Assembly: GCA_001817495.1 (NCBI GenBank)
Contig: MHIL01000026.1
Coordinates: forward strand, 18,657-67,986
Direction: 5' to 3'
Length of the DNA stretch: 49,330 nucleotides
Origin: Candidatus Buchananbacteria bacterium RIFCSPHIGHO2_02_FULL_56_16
GTDB lineage: Bacteria; Patescibacteriota; Patescibacteriia; Buchananbacterales; UBA6539
Shown here in pieces: positions 16,325 through 24,989 of this stretch (its first letter is position 1; the number at the start of each line of letters is the position of its first letter). The notes under the pieces were generated by a model, which saw only the letters and a list, made by a program, of their open reading frames with translations, was not told where the DNA came from and made no database searches. A program made the position numbers and the translations under genes.

Positions 16325-18934
16325 ATGAATCCCCAAAAACTAACCCTCAAAGCCCAAAACGCGCTCCAAGCCGCGCTTGAGCTGGCGGCCGAACGCAGCC
16401 AGCAGTATTTGACCGTCAGCCACCTCCTCGTGGCACTTATTGAGCAAGAGGACGGCGTCGTGCGGTCAGTCTTAAAGAAGCTTGAAGTTGACCTCGGCGC
16501 GCTCCAACGACAGCTCGACGCTGAACTGGCCAAGGTACCGCAGGTCAGCGGCGGCGGCCTGGCCCAGCAGCAAATTGACCAAACCTTTCAAAAGGTGCTG
16601 ATGCAGGCCGAGAAAGAAGCGAAGAAGCTCACCGACGAGTACATCAGCACCGAGCACCTGCTGCTCGCGATCGTTGAGGTAAAGTCGCCGGTAGCCGAGA
16701 TCCTCAAGCGGGCCGGCGTTGACTACGACGCGATCCTGACGATCCTGCGCGACATCCGGGGCACCCAGCGCATCACCGACCCCGACCCGGAGAGCAAGTA
16801 CCAGTCGCTATCAAAGTACGGCGTTGACCTCACCGAGCAGGCCCGGCAAGGCAAGCTCGACCCGATCGTCGGCCGCGACACCGAGATCCGGCGGGTGATG
16901 CAGGTACTGTCGCGCCGGACTAAGAACAACCCCGTCTTAATCGGCGAACCGGGCACCGGCAAAACCGCCATCGCCGAAGGCCTCGCCCGACGGATTACCT
17001 CTGGCGACGTACCTGAAAGTTTAAAAAATAAATCCATCATCAGCCTCGACATCGGCGCTTTGGTGGCCGGCACTAAGTTTCGGGGCGAGTTTGAAGACCG
17101 GCTCAAAGCGGTGCTCAAAGAAATCGAAGCAGCAGCCGGCTCGATTATCCTCTTTATCGACGAGCTGCATTTGGTCGTCGGCGCGGGCGGCGCGGAAGGG
17201 GCGGTTGACGCGGCTAACATCCTCAAACCGGCCCTGGCCCGCGGCACGCTCCACGCCATCGGCGCGACCACCCTGAAAGAGTACCAGAAGTACCTCGAGA
17301 AAGACGCCGCCCTCGAGCGTCGGTTCCAGCCGGTCTACGTCGGCGAGCCGGGTGTCGACGACACCATCGCGATCCTGCGCGGCATTAAAGAAAAGTACGA
17401 GGTCCACCACGGCGTCCGGATTACCGACAGCGCCCTGGTCGCCGCAGCCAAGCTTTCGGCCCGCTACATCACCGACCGCTTCCTGCCCGATAAGGCGATT
17501 GACCTGATTGACGAAGCGACCTCGGCCCTGCGGATGGAGATTGACTCGATGCCCGACGAGCTCGACAGCCTGAAACGAAAAATCACCCAGCTGGAGATTG
17601 AACGCGAAGCGCTGAAAAAAGAATCGGACGCCGCGGCCAAGAAACGGCTGCGCAACCTCGAGCGGCAGCTGGCCGACCTGCGCGAGCAGAGCAACCAGAT
17701 CGAGATCCACTGGCAGAACGAGAAAAAGCTCATCAACGAAATCCAGGCCTGCCAGCACCAGATCGAGCAGCTGAAGATGGAGGCTGATAGAGCGGAACGT
17801 GATGCCGAGCTGGAGAAGGTGGCGGAGATTAAGTACGGCCGGATTCCGGAGCTGGAGAAACGCAGCAAGGCGGCCGCTAAAAAGCTGGCCAATGTCCAGA
17901 AAGACAAGCGGATGCTCAAGGAAGAGGTGACCGAGCACGACATCGCCGCGGTCGTCTCGCGCTGGACCGGCATCCCGGTGACCAAGATGCTTGAGAGTGA
18001 AACCAAAAAGCTGGCGAACCTCGAAGACGAATTGCGCCGGCGCGTGGTCGGCCAGGACGAGGCGCTGCGGGCGATCGCCAACGCGGTGCGGCGCTCGCGG
18101 GCCGGCATCGCCGAGGCCAGCCGGCCGATCGGCTCCTTCATCTTTTTGGGCCCGACCGGCGTGGGTAAAACCGAAACCGCCAAGGCCCTGGCCGAATCAA
18201 TGTTCAGCGACGAGCGGGCGCTGGTGCGCGTTGATATGTCCGAGTACATGGAGAAACACAGCGTTTCCAAGATGATCGGCTAGCCGCCGGGCTACGTCGG
18301 CTTCGAAGAGGGCGGCCAGCTGACCGGAATCATCCGCCGCCGGCCCTACGCCATCGTCCTCTTTGACGAGATTGAGAAAGCCCACCCGGACGTCTTTAAC
18401 ATCCTGCTCCAGATCCTCGACGACGGCCGGCTGACCGACGCCAAGGGACGCGTCGTCAACTTCAAGAACACCGTCATCATCATGACCTCGAACCTGGGCG
18501 GGGATGTAATCAAGGAGTACACCATCGGCTTCACCGACCAGAAGCAGCGCGAAACCGTTGATGAAAAAGAAATGGAGAGCCGCATCACCGAAATTTTGCG
18601 GCGGACGTTCAAGCCGGAGTTTTTGAACCGGCTGGACGAGATTATCATTTTCCACGCCCTGGGGCCGGCCCAGATCGTCCAGATCGTCCTGCGTCAGCTC
18701 GAGCTGGTTACCGCCCGGCTCAAAGAGAAAGACATCAGCCTGACCTTCACCGACAAGCTCAAAACATTCCTGGCGACTAAAGGGTTTGACCCGGTCTACG
18801 GCGCCCGGCCGCTGCGGCGGCTGATCCAGCACCACGTGCTCGACGAGCTGGCGCTGCGCATCATCGAGGGCACCGTCAGCCCCGGCTCTCGGCTGACCGT
18901 CAACGTTTCGAACGGCAAGGTAGTCATTAGCTAG
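16325..18934 (+). pseudogene. clpB: ClpB disaggregase interrupted by a single in-frame TAG at 18281-18283
   Basis: MNPQKLTLKAQNALQ.. N-domain, two AAA+ modules ([18 protein letters not shown]), coiled-coil M domain. Reads ..[22 protein letters not shown].. in the same frame on both sides. Confidence 0.85.
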
Positions 18935-18953
18935 CACGCTACTCCCGATAATG

Positions 18954-18982
18954 AAAATCGCCGGCTAAGGCTGGCGATTTTT
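18954..18982 (+). terminator. Intrinsic terminator after clpB
   Basis: AAAATCGCCGG-ctaagg-CTGGCGATTTT followed by further T residues. Confidence 0.65.
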
Positions 18983-18994
18983 AGTGGTAACGAA

Positions 18995-19027
18995 AACCCC
19001 GCACCTTTTGAAAAAAGGTGCGGGGTT
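18995..19027 (-). terminator. Perfect 15-bp hairpin, terminator for the minus-strand acidic ORF
   Basis: AACCCCGCACCTTTT-gaa-AAAAGGTGCGGGGTT. On the minus strand it is followed by TTTT. Confidence 0.55.
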
Positions 19028-19043
19028 ATTCATCTAAACGGTA

Positions 19044-19184
19044 TTACATGCCTGACTCTTCGCTTGGCTCTTCCTCTTCTTCGGTGGCCTCTGCACCCTC
19101 TTCAGCGCCCGTCTCTTCCTCGTCAGGAGTAGTCGTCATCTCATCATCCTTCTCTTCCTTCTTCTCTTCGTCGTCGAAAAACAT
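19044..19184 (-). CDS. 46-aa highly acidic protein (MFFDDEEKKEEKDDEMTTTPDEEETGAEEGAEATEEEEEPSEESGM)
   Basis: Hand-translated. AAGGAGA SD 7 nt upstream of the ATG and a terminator hairpin downstream. The Ser-rich + strand ORF 19018-19281 is its mirror image. Confidence 0.5.
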   Translation of the reverse strand: MFFDDEEKKEEKDDEMTTTPDEEETGAEEGAEATEEEEEPSEESGM

Positions 19185-19335
19185 GTGTTTTTCTCCTTAT
19201 GAGTTCCGGTCGAAAGCTGCGGCAATCAAGGTCGCCGCAACAAAAAAAGATAACCAGAACTTAATTATTAGGTATCTTTAGCTACATACAGAATAGTACC
19301 GCCAGCAACTTTTGTCAAGGGGCGGCTGTGGACTT

Positions 19336-19368
19336 CACCCCGCAATTTTGAAAAAAAGGTGCGGGGTT
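19336..19368. repeat. Second, degenerate copy of the CCCCGCA..TGCGGGG hairpin
   Basis: CACCCCGCAATTTTGAAAAAAAGGTGCGGGGTT compared with 18995-19027. Confidence 0.5.
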
Positions 19369-19395
19369 TGCAAGGCTACGCTTCTGCGCTATGAT
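19367..19395 (+). promoter_or_regulatory. Promoter of mnmA (TTGCAA-16-TATGAT)
   Basis: -35 at 19368-19373 and -10 at 19390-19395. ATG lies 12 nt downstream. Confidence 0.45.
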
Positions 19396-19407
19396 GCTAC
19401 TACACCG

Positions 19408-20487
19408 ATGGAACTGAAAAAAAACAAGGTGCTCATCGCAATGTCCGGCGGCGTTGATTCGTCGGTCGCCGCCGCCCTGCTCAAAGACCAAGGCTTTGAC
19501 TGCGTCGGCGCTTTTTTCGTGACCTGGACCGAGCGGCTGGCGGGTCTGCACATGTGCCCGTGGGAGCAGGACGCCTTTGACGCGAGACGCGTCTGCGACC
19601 GGCTCGGCATTCCGCTGCGAACCTTCAACTTCGAAGCCGAGTACCGAGCGCGGGTCATCGAGTACTTTTTCCGAGAGTACGAGCAGGGCCGGACGCCCAA
19701 CCCCGACGTGAGGTGTAACCGCGAGATTAAGTTCAATTTATTTTTACAAAAAGCAAAACAGCTCGACGCCGACTTCATCGCCACTGGCCATTACGCGCAA
19801 ATTAAAAAGCAGGGGGATACGTACCAGCTACGCAAGGCTAAAGACGCACATAAGGACCAGTCCTACTTCCTCTACACCCTGACCCAGCCGCAGCTTCGCC
19901 AGACGCTCTTTCCGATTGGCGGGCTGACTAAGCCCCGCGTCCGCCAGCTGGCCAAGAAGTACCGCCTGCCCAACTGGGATAAAAAGGACAGCCAGGGCAT
20001 CTGCTTCTTGGGCGCGGTCAAGCTGCGCGATTTTCTCCAAACCAGAATTCCGATCAAGTGGGGCAACATTGTTGACACGGCTGGCAAGATCGTTGGCGAG
20101 CACGAGGGCACGGCGTTCTACACCATCGGCCAGCGCCAGGGACTTAAGATCGGCGGCGCCGGGCAGCCGTACTACGTTGTCGCTAAAAATCACCAAACCA
20201 ATACGATCATCGTCAGCCGGGCCGACAGCGAAGCGCTCCTCGCGTCAACGCTTGAAGCCGGCGACCTCACCTGGGTCCACGAAATGCCAAAACTGCCGCT
20301 GCGCTGCCACGCCAAGATTCGCTACCGCCAGCCGGACCAGCGCGTCACAGTCAGCCGCGGCGGTGACGGCACGCTGACGGTTAATTTTGCCAAACCGCAG
20401 CGCGCCGCAACCGTTGGCCAGTCAGTTGTTTTCTACCGAGGCAAACAGGTACTGGGCGGGGGAGTGGTCGAGCGGGTCACACCATAG
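19408..20487 (+). CDS. mnmA: tRNA 2-thiouridylase MnmA
   Basis: PP-loop motif VLIAMSGGVDSSVAA and conserved ..DQSYFLY..GICF.. motifs. Start at ATG 19408 (MELKKNKV..). Confidence 0.9.
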   Translation: MELKKNKVLIAMSGGVDSSVAAALLKDQGFDCVGAFFVTWTERLAGLHMCPWEQDAFDARRVCDRLGIPLRTFNFEAEYRARVIEYFFREYEQGRTPNPDVRCNREIKFNLFLQKAKQLDADFIATGHYAQIKKQGDTYQLRKAKDAHKDQSYFLYTLTQPQLRQTLFPIGGLTKPRVRQLAKKYRLPNWDKKDSQGICFLGAVKLRDFLQTRIPIKWGNIVDTAGKIVGEHEGTAFYTIGQRQGLKIGGAGQPYYVVAKNHQTNTIIVSRADSEALLASTLEAGDLTWVHEMPKLPLRCHAKIRYRQPDQRVTVSRGGDGTLTVNFAKPQRAATVGQSVVFYRGKQVLGGGVVERVTP

Positions 20488-20528
20488 TACGTTTTTCCCC
20501 CCCTCACCTGCATGGATTGACCGAGGTT

Positions 20529-20560
20529 CCCTCTCCCACCAGGGGAGAGGGGTCTTTTTT
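20529..20560 (+). terminator. Intrinsic terminator after mnmA
   Basis: CCCTCTCC/GGAGAGGG stem followed by GTCTTTTTT. Confidence 0.65.
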
Positions 20561-20679
20561 GAGGCGACATACCTAGAGCTCCTCTCCCCTTGGTGGGAGA
20601 GCCTGTCCGCCTCTGGCGGGAGGTTGAGAGAGAGGGGGGGTTCCCAAACAGCGCACCGAATATGTAGCGGTGCTTTTTC

Positions 20680-20708
20680 TTGCTTAAATGCGCTTTTTAT
20701 ACTAAGAT
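20680..20708 (+). promoter_or_regulatory. Promoter of alaS (TTGCTT-17-TAAGAT), -10 ends 7 nt before the ATG
   Basis: Hexamers at 20680-20685 and 20703-20708. ATG at 20716. Confidence 0.5.
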
Positions 20709-20715
20709 AGAGGGG

Positions 20716-22575
20716 ATGATTACTACCACCGAACTCAAAAAAAAGTACTTGGAATTCTTCCGAAAGCAGGGCCACAGCGTCATCGCGTCGGCTTCTTTGA
20801 TTCCGGAGAACGACCCGACCGTGCTCTTTACCACTGCCGGCATGCACCCGCTGGTGCCCTACCTCCTGGGCGAGCAGCACCCCGCTGGCCGGCGGCTGGC
20901 TGACGTTCAGAAATGCATCCGGACCGCTGATATTGACGACGTCGGCGATAACTCCCACCTGACTTTTTTTGAGATGCTCGGTAACTGGTCGCTGGGCGAT
21001 TACTTTAAAAAAGAAGCGATTGAGTGGAGCTTTGAATTTTTAACCCAGGTGCTGAAAATTCCGCTGGAAAAATTAGCCGTCTCCTGCTTTAAGGGTGAAC
21101 CAAAAAACAACATTCCTAAAGACGAAGAATCGGCGCGGATCTGGCAGTCCCTGGGCGTACCCAAAGGACGCATTGCGTTTTTGGACCGCGAGGAAAATTG
21201 GTGGGGACCGGCCGGCCAAACCGGCCCGTGCGGACCGGACACCGAGATGTACTACTGGACCGGAAAAGGAGCGGCGCCAAAAAAATTCGACCCGGGCGAC
21301 AAGCAATGGATGGAATTTTGGAATGACGTGTTCATGCAGTACAATAAGACTGCCGATGGCCGGTATGAGGAGCTCAAGCAGAAGAACGTTGACACCGGCA
21401 TGGGCGTCGAGCGCACCACGGCAATGCTGAATGGCCAGGACAACGTGTACGCAACCGATGCGTTTGAACCACTGCTTACGGCGATCGCCAAGCTCGCGAC
21501 TAAACCGGATGTTCGATCAACTCGAATCATCGCTGACCATCTGCGAGCTGCGACCTTTATACTGGGTGATGAGCAGGGGATTGCTCCCTCGAATCTCGAC
21601 CGCGGGTACGTCCTGCGGCGGCTCATTCGCCGGGCAATCCGCCATGGCAAGCTGATCGGTATCACTAAACCATTTACTCACGTCATCGCCGAGGCAGTGA
21701 TTAAACTCATGCATACTGAGTATCCTGAACTGCAAAAAAATAAGGACTTTATTATTGAACAGTTGGTTCAAGAGGAAGAACGATTTGGAGAAACGCTTGA
21801 AAATGGTCTTAAAGAATTTGAAAATATCCTTAAAAGAAAAAAGAAAAAAATACCTCCATTCAGCATACCAATGGCTTCACCAGGGTCAGCAACTACTGAT
21901 TTAACTCCGCGTATGGAAAAATACAAAGATTGGGATAAAAAAATTACCGGCGAAGAAGCATTTATCTTATTTTCAACCTTCGGTTTCCCCCTGGAAATGA
22001 CCGACGAGCTAGCGAAGGAGCGGGGGATAGCGGTGGATAAAAAGATGTTTGAAAGTGAGTTCACTAAACATCAAGCGCTTTCACGAACCGCCACGGCCGG
22101 CCGGTTCAAGGGCGGCTTGGCTGACCACTCCGAGGCGACAACCCGGCTCCACACCGCCACCCATTTGCTGCTCGCGGCGCTGCGCACGGTGCTGGGCGAC
22201 CACGTCTTCCAGCGGGGCTCGAACATTACCGCCGACCGGCTCCGGCTTGACTTCTCCCACCCCGACAAGCTGACCGACGCAGAGCGGCAGCGCGTAGAAG
22301 AGATCGTCAACGAGCAAATTGAGCGAAACCTGCCGGTCAGCTGGCAGGAGATGAGTCTGGACGAGGCGAGAACGTTGAGCGCCATGGGCGTTTTTGAGTC
22401 TAAGTACAGCCAGCGGGTTAAAGTCTACACGATCGGCGACCCGGCCAAGCCATTCAGCCGGGAAATCTGCGGCGGTCCGCACGTGGAAGCCATCGGTTCG
22501 TTAAGTCATTTTCGGCTAACTAAAGAGGAAGCGAGCTCAGCCGGTGTCCGCCGAATTAAAGCAATTTTAGACTAA
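20716..22575 (+). CDS. alaS: Alanine--tRNA ligase, short form (619 aa, no C-Ala domain)
   Basis: MITTTELKKKYLEFFRKQGH..FTTAGM.. class II core. Editing domain HTATHLL..CGGPHV. Ends shortly after the editing domain. Confidence 0.9.
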   Translation: MITTTELKKKYLEFFRKQGHSVIASASLIPENDPTVLFTTAGMHPLVPYLLGEQHPAGRRLADVQKCIRTADIDDVGDNSHLTFFEMLGNWSLGDYFKKEAIEWSFEFLTQVLKIPLEKLAVSCFKGEPKNNIPKDEESARIWQSLGVPKGRIAFLDREENWWGPAGQTGPCGPDTEMYYWTGKGAAPKKFDPGDKQWMEFWNDVFMQYNKTADGRYEELKQKNVDTGMGVERTTAMLNGQDNVYATDAFEPLLTAIAKLATKPDVRSTRIIADHLRAATFILGDEQGIAPSNLDRGYVLRRLIRRAIRHGKLIGITKPFTHVIAEAVIKLMHTEYPELQKNKDFIIEQLVQEEERFGETLENGLKEFENILKRKKKKIPPFSIPMASPGSATTDLTPRMEKYKDWDKKITGEEAFILFSTFGFPLEMTDELAKERGIAVDKKMFESEFTKHQALSRTATAGRFKGGLADHSEATTRLHTATHLLLAALRTVLGDHVFQRGSNITADRLRLDFSHPDKLTDAERQRVEEIVNEQIERNLPVSWQEMSLDEARTLSAMGVFESKYSQRVKVYTIGDPAKPFSREICGGPHVEAIGSLSHFRLTKEEASSAGVRRIKAILD

Positions 22576-22610
22576 AGACAGCCGTTTTCTTAGACTCTCT
22601 TCAAACGTCC

Positions 22611-22639
22611 TTGACAATCAATAGAATATTTAGTAGTAT
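22611..22639 (+). promoter_or_regulatory. Sigma70-like promoter (TTGACA-17-TAGTAT)
   Basis: Hexamers at 22611-22616 and 22634-22639, in the AT-rich spacer upstream of infA. Confidence 0.55.
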
Positions 22640-22711
22640 TTATATTGACTTTTGTAAATTAATATCGTAAGCTATTTTAAGCTATCTGTGGAAAACTTTT
22701 TTGCTTCCTAG

Positions 22712-22754
22712 ATAAAATTCTAGTAGGGTACCTTACTTAGAATTTTATTTTTTT
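22712..22754 (+). terminator. AT-rich hairpin plus T7 run (terminator or attenuator in the infA leader)
   Basis: ATAAAATTCTA (22712-22722) pairs perfectly with TAGAATTTTAT (22737-22747) and is followed by TTTTTTT. Confidence 0.5.
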
Positions 22755-22761
22755 CCCACGA

Positions 22762-22900
22762 TATGCCCGGTAGTGATCCCTCACCTTATTGAGGATAGTG
22801 TAGGAGAAACTACTGCTTGGCAAACCCTCTAACAATAATTACCGTTTCCCTCAACCTTACTGTGTAAGACCAAAATGGTGAGGGACTACTACCGGGTATG
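22762..22900 (+). repeat. Start-codon-abutting structured element (SCE), copy C
   Basis: The 30-nt left end and 24-nt right end are identical to copy D. The last ATG is the infA start. Confidence 0.8.
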
Positions 22901-23134
22901 GCCCAAAACAAAAACGTGCCGCCCAGCAAAGAGTTCATCGAGATGGACGGCGAGGTAAGCGAGCTGTTGCCCGCCGCCAGCTTCCGAGTCCGGCTGGAGA
23001 ACGGCCACGAAATTCTGGCTCACCTCTCCGGCAAGATGCGGATGCACAAGATTAAGCTCTTGCCCGGCGATAAGATTAAAGCCCAGATCACGCCCTACGA
23101 TCTGACCAAGGGTCGCATTGTTTACCGTTACTGA
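22898..23134 (+). CDS. infA: Translation initiation factor IF-1
   Basis: S1-like fold sequence ..[64 protein letters not shown]. Confidence 0.95.
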   Translation: MAQNKNVPPSKEFIEMDGEVSELLPAASFRVRLENGHEILAHLSGKMRMHKIKLLPGDKIKAQITPYDLTKGRIVYRY

Positions 23135-23147
23135 AAATTCAAAAACC

Positions 23148-23261
23148 ATGAAAGTACGTTCATCCGTCAAACCCATGTGCAAGAACTGCAAGGTGATCCG
23201 CCGCAACAAGAAGGTGCTGGTTATTTGTACCAACCCCAAGCACAAGCAGCGGCAGGGGTAA
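23148..23261 (+). CDS. rpmJ: 50S ribosomal protein L36
   Basis: [37 protein letters not shown], hand-translated. Too short for the ORF track. Confidence 0.9.
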   Translation: MKVRSSVKPMCKNCKVIRRNKKVLVICTNPKHKQRQG

Positions 23262-23359
23262 TTTCGCCTATCGCTAATCGCCTATGGCACATAGTACTAA
23301 TCGAAACAGAGTAACTAGAGGCGCGATTCGCCATGTGCGATTCGCTATTTGCTAACACT
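23262..23359. repeat. Family F3 periodic hairpin repeat, copy 3, ending at the rpsM start
   Basis: ..cgcctatcgctaatcgcc.. versus ..ggcgcgattcgccatgtgcgattcgctat... Occupies the whole rpmJ-rpsM spacer. Confidence 0.45.
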
Positions 23360-23749
23360 ATGGCAAGAATTGCCGGCATCAACCTACCACCCCAGAAGCG
23401 AGTCGAGATCGGCTTGACCTACATTTTCGGTATCGGCAACAGCCTGTCGAGCCAAATTTTAAAAACGGCGCAGATCAGCCCCGACGTCAAGGTTAAAGAC
23501 CTCTCCGAGCAGCAGGTTAACGCGCTGCGCGAAATTATCGAAAAGAGTCACAAGGTTGAGGGTGAGCTCAAACGCGAGGTACTGCTCAACATCAAACGGC
23601 TTAAAGAGATTAACAGCTACCGCGGCAGCCGGCACACCAAGCACCTGCCGTTGCGCGGCCAGCGGACGAAAACCAACACCCGAACGGTTCGCGGCAACGT
23701 CCGGCGAACGATGGGCTCGGGCCGTAAACCGGCCGGTCAAAAGACCTAA
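23360..23749 (+). CDS. rpsM: 30S ribosomal protein S13
   Basis: [26 protein letters not shown].. canonical S13 N-terminus. The track start 23333 lies inside the repeat. Confidence 0.95.
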   Translation: MARIAGINLPPQKRVEIGLTYIFGIGNSLSSQILKTAQISPDVKVKDLSEQQVNALREIIEKSHKVEGELKREVLLNIKRLKEINSYRGSRHTKHLPLRGQRTKTNTRTVRGNVRRTMGSGRKPAGQKT

Positions 23750-23752
23750 CCT

Positions 23753-24223
23753 ATGGCTCCAGAGAACGTCCAACCGATCGCCGCGCCCGAAACGTCACCC
23801 GTGAGCGAGCCCGCGGCTGCCGCCGCGCCGGTGAGCGATGCCGCCAAGCGCCGGCAGAAGCGCGCTGCCCGCAAGCAGGTGCCGAGCGGCAACGCCTACA
23901 TCCAGGCCACCTACAACAACACGATTATCACCTTCACCGACAAAAACGGCAACGCGCTGACCCAGTGTTCGGCCGGCCAGGTCGGCTTCAAGGGTCCGAA
24001 AAAATCAACCCCGTATGCCGCGGGTATCATTGTCAAGAACGCGGTTGAGAAAGTGAAGCCTTGGGGCCTCAAAGAGGTCAACGTCTTGGTTAAAGGCGTC
24101 GGCAGCGGCCGCGAGGCAGCCATCCGGGCGCTGAACGCCAACGGCATGCAGATTAGCGGCATTAAAGACATCACCCCGATTCCGCACAACGGCCCGCGGG
24201 CCCGGAAGCCGCGACGGGTATAG
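23753..24223 (+). CDS. rpsK: 30S ribosomal protein S11 with ~35-aa N-terminal extension
   Basis: ..GNAYIQATYNNTIITFTDKNGNAL..GFKGPKKSTPYAA.. Confidence 0.95.
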   Translation: MAPENVQPIAAPETSPVSEPAAAAAPVSDAAKRRQKRAARKQVPSGNAYIQATYNNTIITFTDKNGNALTQCSAGQVGFKGPKKSTPYAAGIIVKNAVEKVKPWGLKEVNVLVKGVGSGREAAIRALNANGMQISGIKDITPIPHNGPRARKPRRV

Positions 24224-24344
24224 AAAGTAAAAATTCTAAATCCTAAACGTTACCTGTCAGCTTTTAGCTGATAGCTGTTAGAGGGTACCTACCAAAGCAG
24301 TCTTCTATGACCCTAAAAGCTAACAGCTAAAAGCTCCCTCATAT
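24224..24344. repeat. Family F2 (AGCT-type) hairpin repeat, copy 2, ending at the rpsD start
   Basis: Left end ..AAAAATTCTAAATCCTAAACGTTACCTGTCAGCTTTTAGCTG.. and right end CCTAAAAGCTAACAGCTAAAAGCTCCCTCAT closely match copy 3. Confidence 0.7.
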
Positions 24345-24956
24345 ATGAAGCGTTCTACCGCTAAAATTAGAAAGATGTCCCGCCGGCTCGGCATTCGGAT
24401 TTATGGCAACGAGAAGTCAGCCCTGACCAAGCGCGACTACCCGCCTGGCGCCCACGGCCCGAAGGGTCGCGGCCGGCGCACCGAGTACGGTTTGCAGCTG
24501 GCCGAGAAGCAGAAAGCTAAAATCATCTACAACATCGCCGAACGGCAGTTCCGCGGCTACTACGAAAAGGCGACCCAGAAAAAAGGCGACTCCGGCGAAA
24601 ACCTCCAGCGCCTCTTGGAGCTGCGTCTCGATAACGTCATCTACCGGCTCGGGCTGGCCAAAACCCGCAACCAGGCCCGGCAGCTGGTCAACCATGGCTT
24701 CTTTTTAATCAACGGCAAGAAAGTTGACATCCCTTCCTGCCAGGTTCGAGTCAAGGACGAAATCACCATCAAGCCCCAGAAGCTCAAAACCAAGGTGTTT
24801 GAGCCGGCGGAGAACAATCTCAAAAAAATTCAGCTTCCCGGCTGGCTTAATTTCGACAGCCAAACGCTCAAGGCGCGGGTCGTCGCCGAGCCAACCGCGG
24901 CGGAGATGGAGCGGAGCTTCAACCCCAAGCTCATCATTGAAGTGTACTCAAAATAA
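24345..24956 (+). CDS. rpsD: 30S ribosomal protein S4
   Basis: ..YGLQLAEKQKAKIIYNIAERQFRGYY..LELRLDNVIYRLGLAKTRNQARQLVNHGFFLINGKKVDIPS.. Confidence 0.95.
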   Translation: MKRSTAKIRKMSRRLGIRIYGNEKSALTKRDYPPGAHGPKGRGRRTEYGLQLAEKQKAKIIYNIAERQFRGYYEKATQKKGDSGENLQRLLELRLDNVIYRLGLAKTRNQARQLVNHGFFLINGKKVDIPSCQVRVKDEITIKPQKLKTKVFEPAENNLKKIQLPGWLNFDSQTLKARVVAEPTAAEMERSFNPKLIIEVYSK

Positions 24957-24989
24957 TTAACCTCGCCCGAGGCGAGCTTTTTAAAATCT

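Noticed and set aside
17021-17938. Long antisense ORFs opposite well-supported genes. Examples: 17021-17938(-), 13387-14187(-), 46471-47511(-), 32164-32937(-), 5539-6078(-), 25377-25922(-), 34962-35570(-).
   Set aside because: They lie opposite genes with clear conserved motifs. They have Arg/Gly/Leu-rich, low-complexity translations typical of GC-rich antisense frames, and no start signals.
18281-18283. Genome-wide reassignment of TAG as a sense codon.
   Set aside because: TAG ends several conserved genes at their expected C-termini (ATPase, clpB itself, rpsK, GT4, GT2).
19018-19281. Ser-rich 87-aa ORF on the plus strand.
   Set aside because: It is the mirror image of the acidic minus-strand ORF, which has an SD and a terminator. 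The plus-strand frame starts inside a terminator hairpin with GTG and has no signals.
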